Source of the DNA: Elusimicrobia bacterium CG06_land_8_20_14_3_00_38_11
GTDB taxonomy: Bacteria > Elusimicrobiota > UBA8919
Reading direction: 5' to 3'
DNA: 31,423 bases
Assembly: GCA_002780205.1 (NCBI GenBank)
Contig: PEVQ01000190.1
Coordinates: 1 to 31,423 of the forward strand
The position numbers and the translations under genes were made by a program. A model generated the notes under the pieces. The model was not told where the DNA came from, ran no database searches, and saw nothing but the letters and a program-made list of their open reading frames with translations. Shown in pieces: positions 23,222 to 31,423 of this stretch (position 1 is its first letter; every line of letters begins with the position of its first letter).

Positions 23222-24369
23222 ATTAAAAATAAAAGTAGAAATGATGAGAGAATCCCCGTTAATCCGCCCATAATGAAAGGCGCTGCGGGTCCGAGTTGTG
23301 TCCACAAAATCCCGGCTAAAAAAGATGCTGGGAAAAGTCCGATTCCGACGATTGTAGCGTGAAGTCCGAGTATGGTTGCTTTTTTATCCGTTGGTGAAAC
23401 ATCAGAAATAAACGCTTTTTCAATACCTTCCGTCAAGCCGATGTAAAGCCCGTAAAGCGCGAATAAAATCCAGATTGAGAGTTTTGCCGAAGCGAACGCA
23501 AATCCGAAATACACCAACCCGTAGAAAAAATATCCCATTACCAGTATTTTTTTTCTGCCTATTTTATCGGAAATAATTCCAGCCGGATAAGACACGAAAG
23601 CATAAACGATGTTATACACTAAATAAAGCAAAATTATGTTTGCCGCGGAAAAACCGAGATTTTTTGAACGCAGAAACAAAAACTGGTTTGAAGAATTTCC
23701 GAGGGTGAACAGCATCGCTATCATTAAAAAATATTTTAATTTTTTATCAAGATACTTAAAACTTTTAAAATTGATTTTTAGTTTTGTGTCTGTTCCGTGT
23801 TTTTGTTCCGTGTCAGTTTTGTGCTTTTCTTTAACGAAAAACAATACCGCAACACCCAGGATTGCCGGAACTACCGACCACAGAAAAACGGTTTTGTAAC
23901 TGCCGTGCCACGCTGTGATGAAAAAGTATGCAAGTAAAACGCCTGATGCTGCGCCGAGGGTGTCCATAGTCCTGTGAAGCCCGAATGCTTTTCCTTTTTT
24001 GCCTTCAGCGGAACTTTCGGCAATCAGAGCGTCACGCGGCGCTGTCCGAACACCCTTTCCAAACCTGTCAAAAATCCGCGCAAAAAGAACATAATGCCAA
24101 GTTGTAGAAATATAAAGCAGAAATTTTCCGATGCCGGAAAAGGAATACCCAAAAATCGCAAACGGTTTTCTTCTTTTTAATTTATCCGAGAAATAACCGG
24201 AAAAAACTTTCAATAATGATGCTAAACTTTCCGCTATGCCCTCAATAAACCCGATAATTGCCGGTGTCGCGCCCAAAGAAGAAAGATAAACGGCAATCAG
24301 CGGATAAACCATTTCCGACGAAACATCCGTCAATAAACTTGTAAGTCCGAGAATAATTATGTTGGACAT
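23218..24369 (-). CDS. MFS transporter
   Basis: Twelve-TM pattern; SLLTDVSSEM, GYFSDKLKRRKP, DRFGKGVRTAPRDALIA, FGLHRTMDTLGA and GIISDKIGRK. Confidence 0.93.
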   Translation of the reverse strand: MSNIIILGLTSLLTDVSSEMVYPLIAVYLSSLGATPAIIGFIEGIAESLASLLKVFSGYFSDKLKRRKPFAIFGYSFSGIGKFLLYISTTWHYVLFARIFDRFGKGVRTAPRDALIAESSAEGKKGKAFGLHRTMDTLGAASGVLLAYFFITAWHGSYKTVFLWSVVPAILGVAVLFFVKEKHKTDTEQKHGTDTKLKINFKSFKYLDKKLKYFLMIAMLFTLGNSSNQFLFLRSKNLGFSAANIILLYLVYNIVYAFVSYPAGIISDKIGRKKILVMGYFFYGLVYFGFAFASAKLSIWILFALYGLYIGLTEGIEKAFISDVSPTDKKATILGLHATIVGIGLFPASFLAGILWTQLGPAAPFIMGGLTGILSSFLLLFLI

Positions 24370-24392
24370 AAATTTTGCACACTCTCACTTAA

Positions 24393-24408
24393 TCATTTAG
24401 CTAAATGA
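24393..24408. promoter_or_regulatory. Perfect 16-bp palindrome in the MFS/clpB divergent region (candidate operator)
   Basis: TCATTTAGCTAAATGA is self-complementary. The binding factor is unknown. Confidence 0.45.
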
Positions 24409-24429
24409 GAAAATGATATTCCAAAAATT

Positions 24430-24458
24430 ATTATATCAAAAATTACTCTTGTTTTCAA
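24430..24458 (-). promoter_or_regulatory. Sigma70-type promoter for the MFS gene
   Basis: On the minus strand: TTGAAA (24458-24453), 17 nt, TATAAT (24435-24430). Confidence 0.7.
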
Positions 24459-24477
24459 TCTTTATTTTTTGTAAAAT
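24449..24477 (+). promoter_or_regulatory. Sigma70-type promoter for clpB
   Basis: TTGTTT (24449-24454), 17 nt, TAAAAT (24472-24477), 8 nt before the ATG. Confidence 0.5.
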
Positions 24478-24485
24478 AAAACAGT

Positions 24486-27071
24486 ATGAATGTTGAAAAA
24501 TTTACCATAAAGATGCAAGAGGCACTTGCTAAATCACAGGCGGTTGCGGAAAAACATCACAACCAGCAGATTACCGATTTACATTTTCTTTTTGCATTAG
24601 TTGAACAAAAAGACGGAACCGTTCCCGCAATTCTTGAGAAACTTTTTGTTGATATTTCGCATCTAAAAAAACAGATTGAGATTGAAATTGAAAATCTACC
24701 AAAGGTTGAAGGTTATGGTCAGATTTATGTATCGCCAGAACTACATAAGATTTTGGAAGAAGCAAAATTAGAGGCGTCAGCATTAAAGGACGAATTCATA
24801 TCAACAGAACACTGCTTCCTTGCGATTTCCGAATCAGGCACAAAATCAAAAGAAATAATTTCAAAATACGGCATAACAAAAGAAAAAACACTAAAAACAC
24901 TTGTAGAAATGAGAGGAAACATGAAAATCACAGACCAGAATCCGGAGGATAAATATCAGGCATTGGAAAAATACACCCGTGATTTAACCGAACTTGCCGG
25001 GAAAGAAAAACTTGATCCCGTTATCGGCAGAGACGACGAAATCCGCAGGGTAATGCAAGTTTTGTCCCGTCGCACGAAAAACAATCCTGTTTTAATCGGC
25101 GAGCCCGGTGTCGGTAAAACGGCCATTGCGGAAGGTCTCGCCCGTCGGATTGTCGCAGGCGATGTTCCGGAAATGCTGAAAAACAAAAAGGTACTTTCAC
25201 TGGATATGGGCGCTCTTATTGCCGGTGCAAAGTTTCGCGGCGAGTTTGAAGACCGCCTGAAAGCGGTTTTGAAAGAAATCGTAGCCGGAGAAGGCGAGAT
25301 AATTCTTTTTATTGACGAAATTCATACGCTTGTCGGTGCCGGCGCCGCCGAGGGCGCAATTGATGCCGCAAACATAATGAAACCGATGCTTGCCCGTGGC
25401 GAATTGCGCTGTATCGGTGCAACCACATTGGCCGAATACAGAAAACACATAGAAAAAGATGCCGCATTGGAGCGAAGATTCCAGCCGGTAATAATTCAGC
25501 CCCCGACGGTAGATGATACAATTGCTATATTGCGCGGTCTCAAAGAACGCTATGAAGTTCATCACGGCGTAAAAATCAAGGACTCTGCGCTTATTGCCGC
25601 AGCGATTTTATCAAACAGGTATATTTCGGACAGATTCTTACCCGATAAAGCGATTGATTTAATCGACGAGGCGGCTTCCCGTTTGAGAATAGAAATTGAC
25701 TCGCTACCGTACGAAATTGACGACCTTGAAAGAAAAATCAGACAACTTGAAATTGAAAAGCAAGGACTTCTTAAAGAAAAATCAAAGACGGAAGAAACGG
25801 ATAAAAAACTTGATGAACTAAAGAAAGAGAGAAAAAAATTTTCCGACCAATGGCAGAAAGAAAAAGAGGTCATTACAAAAATCCGCCGATTAAAACAGGA
25901 AATAGAAGAAACAAAATTAGAAGAACAGCAGGCAGAACGGGTCGGCGATTTGGGAAAAGTTGCGGAACTGCGTTACGGAAAATCGCGCGAATTACAAAAA
26001 CAGTTAAACGATGAAAACAAAAAACTTCAGGATGTGCAAAAAAATACGAAAATGCTAAAAGAAGAAGTTGACGAAGAGGACATCGCCGAGGTCGTTTCCA
26101 AATGGACCGGTATTCCGGTAGCAAAAATGCTTGAGACGGAAACGCAAAAACTTTTAAGAATGGAAGATGAACTGAAAAAACGGGTGGTCGGTCAGGACGA
26201 AGCGATTACTGCAATTTCAAATGCTATCCGTCGGTCAAGAAGCGGGCTTTCGGACCCGAATAGACCAATCGGCTCATTTATATTTTTAGGTCCTACGGGC
26301 GTGGGAAAAACCGAACTTGCCAGGGCTCTTGCCGAGTTTTTATTTAACGATGAAAAAAACATAATACGGATTGATATGTCGGAATACATGGAAAAGCACA
26401 CCGTTTCCCGTCTGGTAGGAGCCCCTCCCGGTTATGTCGGCTACGAGGAAGGCGGGCAACTCACAGAGTCAGTCCGTCGGAAACCGTATTCCGTAATTCT
26501 TTTTGACGAGATAGAAAAAGCCCATCCCGATGTTTTCAACATGCTTCTGCAGATATTAGACGACGGACGACTTACCGACGGACAAGGCAGAACTGTTGAC
26601 TTCAAAAACACTGTAATTATTATGACATCTAATCTCGGAAGCGAACTTTATCAAAAAACCGCTTCACAGGTTTTGGAGTTTATGGAAAAAGATATTAAGG
26701 AAAAACTGCTTTCCGTTCTGAGACAGTATTTCCGCCCCGAATTTTTGAACCGCATTGACGAGATAATTATTTTTCACTACCTTACGCTTGAGCATATCAA
26801 AAAAATCGTGGATTTGCAGATGGAACTTGTGAACCTTCGGCTTTCCGATAGAAAGATTACCGTTGAACTTACCGATAGAGCAAAAGTATTTATTGCCGAC
26901 AGCGGTTTTGACCCCGTTTATGGAGCCCGCCCGTTAAAAAGAACGATTCAGCGTGAAATAGTTGATGGTTTAAGCCGGCAGATTCTGTCGGGTGGAATAA
27001 AAGAAGGTAAAAAAATTATTGTAGACAAGCCGGCAAAATCGGAAAATCTTGAATTCAAAATAAAATCGTAG
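24486..27071 (+). CDS. clpB: ATP-dependent disaggregase ClpB
   Basis: 861 aa with an N-domain and two AAA+ modules ([13 protein letters not shown] and [15 protein letters not shown]), a long coiled-coil middle domain and the GARPLKR motif. Confidence 0.97.
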   Translation: MNVEKFTIKMQEALAKSQAVAEKHHNQQITDLHFLFALVEQKDGTVPAILEKLFVDISHLKKQIEIEIENLPKVEGYGQIYVSPELHKILEEAKLEASALKDEFISTEHCFLAISESGTKSKEIISKYGITKEKTLKTLVEMRGNMKITDQNPEDKYQALEKYTRDLTELAGKEKLDPVIGRDDEIRRVMQVLSRRTKNNPVLIGEPGVGKTAIAEGLARRIVAGDVPEMLKNKKVLSLDMGALIAGAKFRGEFEDRLKAVLKEIVAGEGEIILFIDEIHTLVGAGAAEGAIDAANIMKPMLARGELRCIGATTLAEYRKHIEKDAALERRFQPVIIQPPTVDDTIAILRGLKERYEVHHGVKIKDSALIAAAILSNRYISDRFLPDKAIDLIDEAASRLRIEIDSLPYEIDDLERKIRQLEIEKQGLLKEKSKTEETDKKLDELKKERKKFSDQWQKEKEVITKIRRLKQEIEETKLEEQQAERVGDLGKVAELRYGKSRELQKQLNDENKKLQDVQKNTKMLKEEVDEEDIAEVVSKWTGIPVAKMLETETQKLLRMEDELKKRVVGQDEAITAISNAIRRSRSGLSDPNRPIGSFIFLGPTGVGKTELARALAEFLFNDEKNIIRIDMSEYMEKHTVSRLVGAPPGYVGYEEGGQLTESVRRKPYSVILFDEIEKAHPDVFNMLLQILDDGRLTDGQGRTVDFKNTVIIMTSNLGSELYQKTASQVLEFMEKDIKEKLLSVLRQYFRPEFLNRIDEIIIFHYLTLEHIKKIVDLQMELVNLRLSDRKITVELTDRAKVFIADSGFDPVYGARPLKRTIQREIVDGLSRQILSGGIKEGKKIIVDKPAKSENLEFKIKS

Positions 27072-27151
27072 ATGGCTGAAAAAATAATTTTAGATTGTTA
27101 TGAAACCGAAAAACAGGCATTTCTATTATTGAGCCAATCAATATAATTTCC

Positions 27152-27180
27152 TTGAAAACCCGCCTAAAAAGTAGTAAAAT
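27152..27180 (+). promoter_or_regulatory. Sigma70-type promoter upstream of the MORN-repeat/apbE/rsx genes
   Basis: TTGAAA (27152-27157), 17 nt, TAAAAT (27175-27180). Confidence 0.6.
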
Positions 27181-27234
27181 AACAACATAAAAGGTTGAAG
27201 AATTATTATCTTCCAAAGACTACACATTATAAAA

Positions 27235-27924
27235 ATGACAAGAAAAAACTGTAGATGGATAATAATATATTTTTTAGCGGTACTCTCGGATATATCTTCG
27301 CTATTTCCTGAAGTGGTGCGAAAAATAACTCAGAACGGGAATATAAAAGAAATTTTTTTCTACAGCGATGGAAAAGAAATAGCGAAAGAAACAATTGATG
27401 AAAAAGGGAATATTCAGAGATCCGGCGTTATTCCCGACGGAATAATCAGGCAATATGATGGCAACGGTCAGTTATTTTTAGAGACAAACTATACAAAAGG
27501 TTCGCAAGAAGGAATTGTCAGATTATATTATGAAACTGGCAAGGTGATGCAAGAGGCAAATTACAAAAACGGTAAGTTAGACGGTAAAACCAGAGATTAT
27601 TATGAAAGCGGAAAATTGAAGGATGAGATAAACTACAAAGACGGAAAATTGGGAGGCACAAGCAAGATGTATTATGAGAGCGGCGAATTATTTTACAAAG
27701 TGAACTACAAAAATAATGAATTAAACGGAACATACAAAACATATTATGAAAACAGGAAATTAAAGGAAAAATCCGATTACAAAAACGGTAAGTTAGACGG
27801 AGTTTGCAGGGAGTATTATGAGAGCGGACAAATAATGTGCAAAGATACCTACAAAAATGGCGAAAGGATAAAAAGTAAAAAATATAATACCAAAGGTGAA
27901 CTTATATCTAATCAAGGCGATTAA
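27235..27924 (+). CDS. MORN-variant repeat protein (YwqK-like), probably exported
   Basis: About six 24-aa repeats of the form YYESG.L..E.NYKNGKL.G, after a hydrophobic N-terminus. Confidence 0.85.
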   Translation: MTRKNCRWIIIYFLAVLSDISSLFPEVVRKITQNGNIKEIFFYSDGKEIAKETIDEKGNIQRSGVIPDGIIRQYDGNGQLFLETNYTKGSQEGIVRLYYETGKVMQEANYKNGKLDGKTRDYYESGKLKDEINYKDGKLGGTSKMYYESGELFYKVNYKNNELNGTYKTYYENRKLKEKSDYKNGKLDGVCREYYESGQIMCKDTYKNGERIKSKKYNTKGELISNQGD

Positions 27925-27938
27925 CGATTAACCGTTTT

Positions 27939-28895
27939 ATGAAAAAAATTATTCTAATTGTTGCAGTTTTTTTATTCGGTTGTTCAGCAGTTAACAAAGA
28001 ATTTGCCGAGAAGAAACTCTTAATGGGGACTGCCGTTGAGATAAAAATTTGGTTTTTTGACGAGGCAATTGCCAAAAAATCAATATCAGACGCTTTTGAT
28101 GAAATTGCCCGGGTAGAAAATATTTTTTCCGTCTATAAGCCCGAATCGGAGATTTCACGACTTAATAAAAGCGGTTTGTCAATCGTTTCGGATGAAGTAA
28201 TTCAACTCATAAAAAAATCAAATTATTTTTCTGAAATATCCGGCGGTGCGTTTGATATAACTGTTTTACCGGTTATCGAGTTGTGGAAAAATTCAAAGAA
28301 AAAAGAGCGATTACCGTCAAAAAAAGAAATTGAGAATGCTATAAAACTTGTCGGTTGGAAAAATATTAGCATTGACGAAAAAAACAAAAAAATTAACTTT
28401 GCAAAAAAAGGAATGAAAATTGACCTCGGCGGGATTGCAAAAGGTTATGCTGTTGACTGTGCAGTTGAGTATCTCAAAAAAAACGGCATAAAAACTGGAA
28501 TGGTAAATGCCGGGGGCGATATAAGATGTTTCGGCAACAAAACATGGAAAATCGCGCTCCAAAATCCGCGGGATAAAAACGATTTTATCACAGTGCTGAA
28601 AATAAAAAACAAAGCAGTTACAACAAGCGGCGATTATGAGAGATATTTTTTTATTGACAAAACCAAAATTTCGCATATAATAAATCCGTTGTCCGGCTAT
28701 TCGGCTGATGAATCGATAAGTTCAACTATCATAGCAGATAGTGCGACAAATGCCGACGCTTTGGCTACGGCGACTTATGTTTTAGGACCAAAAGATGGAC
28801 TTAAACTTATACAATTGTACAAAGTCGCCGAGTGCCTTGTAATTGATAAAGAAAAGAAAATTTATAAAACAACGGGTTTTACGCATTATGAATAA
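27939..28895 (+). CDS. apbE: FAD:protein FMN transferase lipoprotein
   Basis: Lipobox LFGC, LMGT, SEISRLN, GAFDITV, DLGGIAKGYAVD, VNAGGDI, TTSGDYER, HIINP and ADALATA. Confidence 0.95.
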   Translation: MKKIILIVAVFLFGCSAVNKEFAEKKLLMGTAVEIKIWFFDEAIAKKSISDAFDEIARVENIFSVYKPESEISRLNKSGLSIVSDEVIQLIKKSNYFSEISGGAFDITVLPVIELWKNSKKKERLPSKKEIENAIKLVGWKNISIDEKNKKINFAKKGMKIDLGGIAKGYAVDCAVEYLKKNGIKTGMVNAGGDIRCFGNKTWKIALQNPRDKNDFITVLKIKNKAVTTSGDYERYFFIDKTKISHIINPLSGYSADESISSTIIADSATNADALATATYVLGPKDGLKLIQLYKVAECLVIDKEKKIYKTTGFTHYE

Positions 28896-30192
28896 TTTCA
28901 TCGGAGGAGTTCACCCTCCCGAATCAAAATTCACATCACAAATACTGACGGAGGAAATACCGCTCCCGAAAAAAGCAGTTGTTCCTTTATCACAACATAC
29001 CGGTTCACCTTCAAAACCCATAGTATCAGTTGGCGACGAAGTCAAAACCGGACAACTCATCGCCGAAGCGACCGGATTTATCTCCGCAAATCTGCACTCC
29101 CCTGTTTCAGGAAAAGTTTCTGGTATTTCCAGCCGTCTTCATCCCTGCGGATATAATTTTGATTCAATAATCATTGAGTCCGACGATAAAGACGAGACGG
29201 TTGAGTTTATTCCGCATAACCCCGAAAAACTTTTTCCTAATGAAATCGTTGAAATTATAAAAAATGCGGGCATTGTCGGGCTCGGCGGTGCTGCATTCCC
29301 AACGCATGTAAAACTTTCACCGCCGAAAGAAAAAAAGATTGACAGCGTGATATTAAACGGATGTGAATGTGAACCCTATTTAACCTGTGACCACAGAGTA
29401 ATGATTGAAGAGACGGAAAAAGTCGTCGGCGGATTGAAACTTATAATGAAAGTTCTTGATGTAAAAAACGGTTTCATCGCAATTGAAGACAATAAAGAGG
29501 ATGCGATAGAAAAGATGGAAGATGGAAGATGGAAGATGGAAGATGTTCAAGTCAAAGTGGTTAAACTTAAAACCAAATATCCGCAGGGTGCGGAAAAACA
29601 ACTGATTAAAGCCGTTTTGAAACGGGAAGTGCCGTCGGGAAAACTTCCGATGGATGTCGGTTGTGTAGTCCAAAATGTCCAAACGGCAAAAGCGATTTAC
29701 GAGGCGGTTTATGAAGGAAAACCGCTTTATGAACGGGTAATTACTGTAGCAGGTTCCGTAAAAAGGCCGGGCAATCTGAAAGTCCGTATCGGGACATCAC
29801 TGTCTGAAATTGTTGATTATTGCGGCGGTTTCGAAGGGGATGTAAAAAAAGTTATTGCCGGCGGGCCTATGATGGGCATTACCCAGTTCACGCTGGATGT
29901 TCCCGTCGTAAAAGGTTTTTCCGGACTGGTTATTCTTACAGAAAAAGAGTCAAAATTTTATGAACCTTCAAATTGCATTCGTTGCGGAAAATGTATAGAT
30001 GTTTGTCCGATGGGACTTGTCCCGACGGTAATTTCACGCATGGTTGAAAAAGAGAGATATAAGGAATTAAAAAATTACAATCCGCTTGATTGTATGGAGT
30101 GCGGGTGCTGCGCCTATGAATGTCCTGCAAAAATTCATCTTGTTCAGAATATAAAATTAGCAAAAACATTAATTCAGCAGAAAAAAATATAG
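28888..30192 (+). CDS. rsxC: Rnf/Rsx electron transport complex subunit C
   Basis: GGVHPPE, HSPVSG, AGIVGLGGAAFPTHVK, NGCECEPYLTCD, KYPQGAEK and two ferredoxin motifs (CIRCGKCIDVCP, CMECGCCAYECP). ATG 28888 overlaps the apbE stop. Confidence 0.96.
   Translation: MNNFIGGVHPPESKFTSQILTEEIPLPKKAVVPLSQHTGSPSKPIVSVGDEVKTGQLIAEATGFISANLHSPVSGKVSGISSRLHPCGYNFDSIIIESDDKDETVEFIPHNPEKLFPNEIVEIIKNAGIVGLGGAAFPTHVKLSPPKEKKIDSVILNGCECEPYLTCDHRVMIEETEKVVGGLKLIMKVLDVKNGFIAIEDNKEDAIEKMEDGRWKMEDVQVKVVKLKTKYPQGAEKQLIKAVLKREVPSGKLPMDVGCVVQNVQTAKAIYEAVYEGKPLYERVITVAGSVKRPGNLKVRIGTSLSEIVDYCGGFEGDVKKVIAGGPMMGITQFTLDVPVVKGFSGLVILTEKESKFYEPSNCIRCGKCIDVCPMGLVPTVISRMVEKERYKELKNYNPLDCMECGCCAYECPAKIHLVQNIKLAKTLIQQKKI
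29512..29545 (+). repeat. Heptamer tandem repeat (AAGATGG)x4.9 inside rsxC
   Basis: AAGATGG four times plus AAGATG, translated as KMEDGRWKMED. Confidence 0.9.
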
Positions 30193-30354
30193 CCACAAAA
30201 TCACATAGAAAAAACACAGAAAAAAAATTCAGTGCAATTCTGTGACTATCTATGGGTTCTGTAAAGTAAAAAATGGTAGCCACAGAATGACACAGAAACA
30301 TCACAGAAAAATTCAGTGCAATTCTGTGACTATCTGTGGCTAAAGTAAAAAAAT
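30190..30354. repeat. Tandem pair of TAGCCACA...TCTGTGGCTA-family palindromic units between rsxC and rsxD
   Basis: Units start at 30190 and 30277 and share an exact 29-mer, AAAAATTCAGTGCAATTCTGTGACTATCT (30223-30251, 30307-30335). Unit 2 has a perfect 10-bp terminal inverted repeat. Confidence 0.85.
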
Positions 30355-31284
30355 ATGAAATTTACAATTTCACCTGCTCCGCATATTAAATCGCAACAGA
30401 CCGTGAAAAAAATAATGCTGTCTGTTTTTCTGGCGTTGATTCCGTCGGGGATATGGGGTGTTTATAAATTCGGAGTCCATTCGGGCTATGTGATTTTAAT
30501 ATCAGTTTTAAGTTGCGTTTTCTTTGAATTCATTTCGCAAAAATATATTTTTAGAACAAAAATTAAAATTACCGACGGCAGTGCGGCACTTACCGGACTT
30601 TTGCTCGCTTATTGTCTTCCGCCGGATATTGCTTTATGGCAGGTTTGTATCGGTTCATTTTTTGCGATTTTTATAGCAAAGGAATGTTTCGGAGGCATTG
30701 GTTTCAACATTTTTAATCCCGCTCTGATAGGTCGTGCCGTTTTACTTTCTTCGTTTCCGACTGTTATGACAAAATGGCAGATTGATGGAATAACCTCGGC
30801 GACGCCGCTCGGTATTTTGAAAGAAAAACTTGTCCAACAACTGCCTTCATATATGGATTTGTTTGTCGGCAACATCCCGGGTTCTATCGGAGAGGTATCA
30901 AAAATTCTTCTTTTATTGGGAGCGATTTTTCTTTTTTATCGTCGGATAATTTCCTGGAATGTTCCGTTAACATTTGTTTTTACTGTTGCGGTTCTTTCAG
31001 TTCTTTTCAAACAGGATCCCGTTTTTCAGGTTTTGTCAGGCGGCGTAGTTTTAGGCGCATTTTTTATGGCGACCGATTATGTTACCGGTCCGCTGTTTTC
31101 GAAAGGGAAAATTATTTTCGGATTTGGCTGCGGAGTACTGACCGTCTTAATAAGAAATCTCGGTGCATATCCCGAAGGCGTCTGCTACTCAATTTTGATT
31201 ATGAATATACTCGTGCCTTTGATTGACAGATATACCAAACCACGGGTTTTTGGAAGTATAAAATCAATTAAAAATGCAAAATGA
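30355..31284 (+). CDS. rsxD: Rnf/Rsx electron transport complex subunit D
   Basis: SPAPHI, DGSAALTGLLLA, FGGIGFNIFNPALIGRA, DGITSATPL (FMN-acceptor Thr motif), GSIGEVS, FFMATDYVTGP and YPEGV. Confidence 0.96.
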   Translation: MKFTISPAPHIKSQQTVKKIMLSVFLALIPSGIWGVYKFGVHSGYVILISVLSCVFFEFISQKYIFRTKIKITDGSAALTGLLLAYCLPPDIALWQVCIGSFFAIFIAKECFGGIGFNIFNPALIGRAVLLSSFPTVMTKWQIDGITSATPLGILKEKLVQQLPSYMDLFVGNIPGSIGEVSKILLLLGAIFLFYRRIISWNVPLTFVFTVAVLSVLFKQDPVFQVLSGGVVLGAFFMATDYVTGPLFSKGKIIFGFGCGVLTVLIRNLGAYPEGVCYSILIMNILVPLIDRYTKPRVFGSIKSIKNAK

Positions 31285-31347
31285 AAAATTAAAAATTATG
31301 GATTTTCAATTTATCAAAACATTTTTAACTTTTAATTTTTAACTTTT
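31270..31347. repeat. Inverted pair of heptamer arrays (4 + 4 units, 22-nt spacer)
   Basis: AAAAATG CAAAATG AAAAATT AAAAATT (31270-31297) faces CATTTTT AACTTTT AATTTTT AACTTTT (31320-31347). Confidence 0.7.
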
Positions 31348-31348
31348 A

Positions 31349-31423
31349 CTAACAAGAGCGGAATATACTTTACATGGAAGATGGTGTCATGCTGAACTTG
31401 ATTCAGCATCTATAGACCCTGAA
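31349..31423. mobile_element. Left end of a second MITE copy (truncated by the window edge)
   Basis: TA followed by CTAACAAGAGCGGAATATACTTTACAT (24/27 to the 22869 TIR, last 21 nt identical), then a different palindrome, TGTC-ATGCTGAA-CTTGA-TTCAGCAT. Confidence 0.8.

Noticed and set aside
24376-24404. CIRCE (HrcA) operator upstream of clpB
   Set aside because: TGCACACTC matches TTAGCACTC at only 6/9, and the GCTAA right arm is at the wrong spacing.
27235-27924. Complete toxin-antitoxin or polymorphic toxin locus
   Set aside because: The neighbours are clpB and apbE; no toxin-like ORF is present.
30190-30354. CRISPR array
   Set aside because: There are only two units, the shared 29-mer sits inside larger palindromic units, the intervening DNA is related rather than unique, and no cas gene is present.
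1-31423. Prophage, DGR, retron or autonomous IS
   Set aside because: No reverse transcriptase, integrase, transposase or phage structural motif is seen in any ORF, so the mobilising enzymes for the repeats must lie elsewhere if they exist.

Overview
An AT-rich bacterial chromosomal window, gene-dense and almost all on the + strand. The lipid A-type acyltransferase, OmpA, ApbE and Rnf genes indicate a diderm, probably anaerobic organism; an Elusimicrobiota-like assignment is only a guess. Content: envelope genes (O-antigen-ligase/TPR fusion, LpxL-like acyltransferase, OmpA-domain protein, GT-C glycosyltransferases), tRNA-Ser(CGA), thiL, tsaE/tsaB/rimI, a run of metallo-phosphoesterases, a CDF transporter, HD-GYP, a K+ channel, yajQ, an MFS transporter, clpB, apbE and the start of the rnf/rsx operon (C, D). 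I found no integrase, transposase, phage gene or CRISPR array. The unusual signal lies in the repeats and in one protein. (1) A roughly 95-nt intergenic element occurs three times with fully covarying 7-8 bp stems closed by TT(C/T)A loops. (2) A TA-flanked 150-bp MITE splits an Mth938-like gene, and its two copies carry different TGTCA-starting palindromic cargo. (3) Heptamer and palindrome arms are translated inside at least six genes, including three signal peptides. (4) A 401-aa mini-DnaE has an intact PHP metal site but a deleted, catalytically dead polymerase part. All protein assignments come from motif recognition by eye; no database searches were run.
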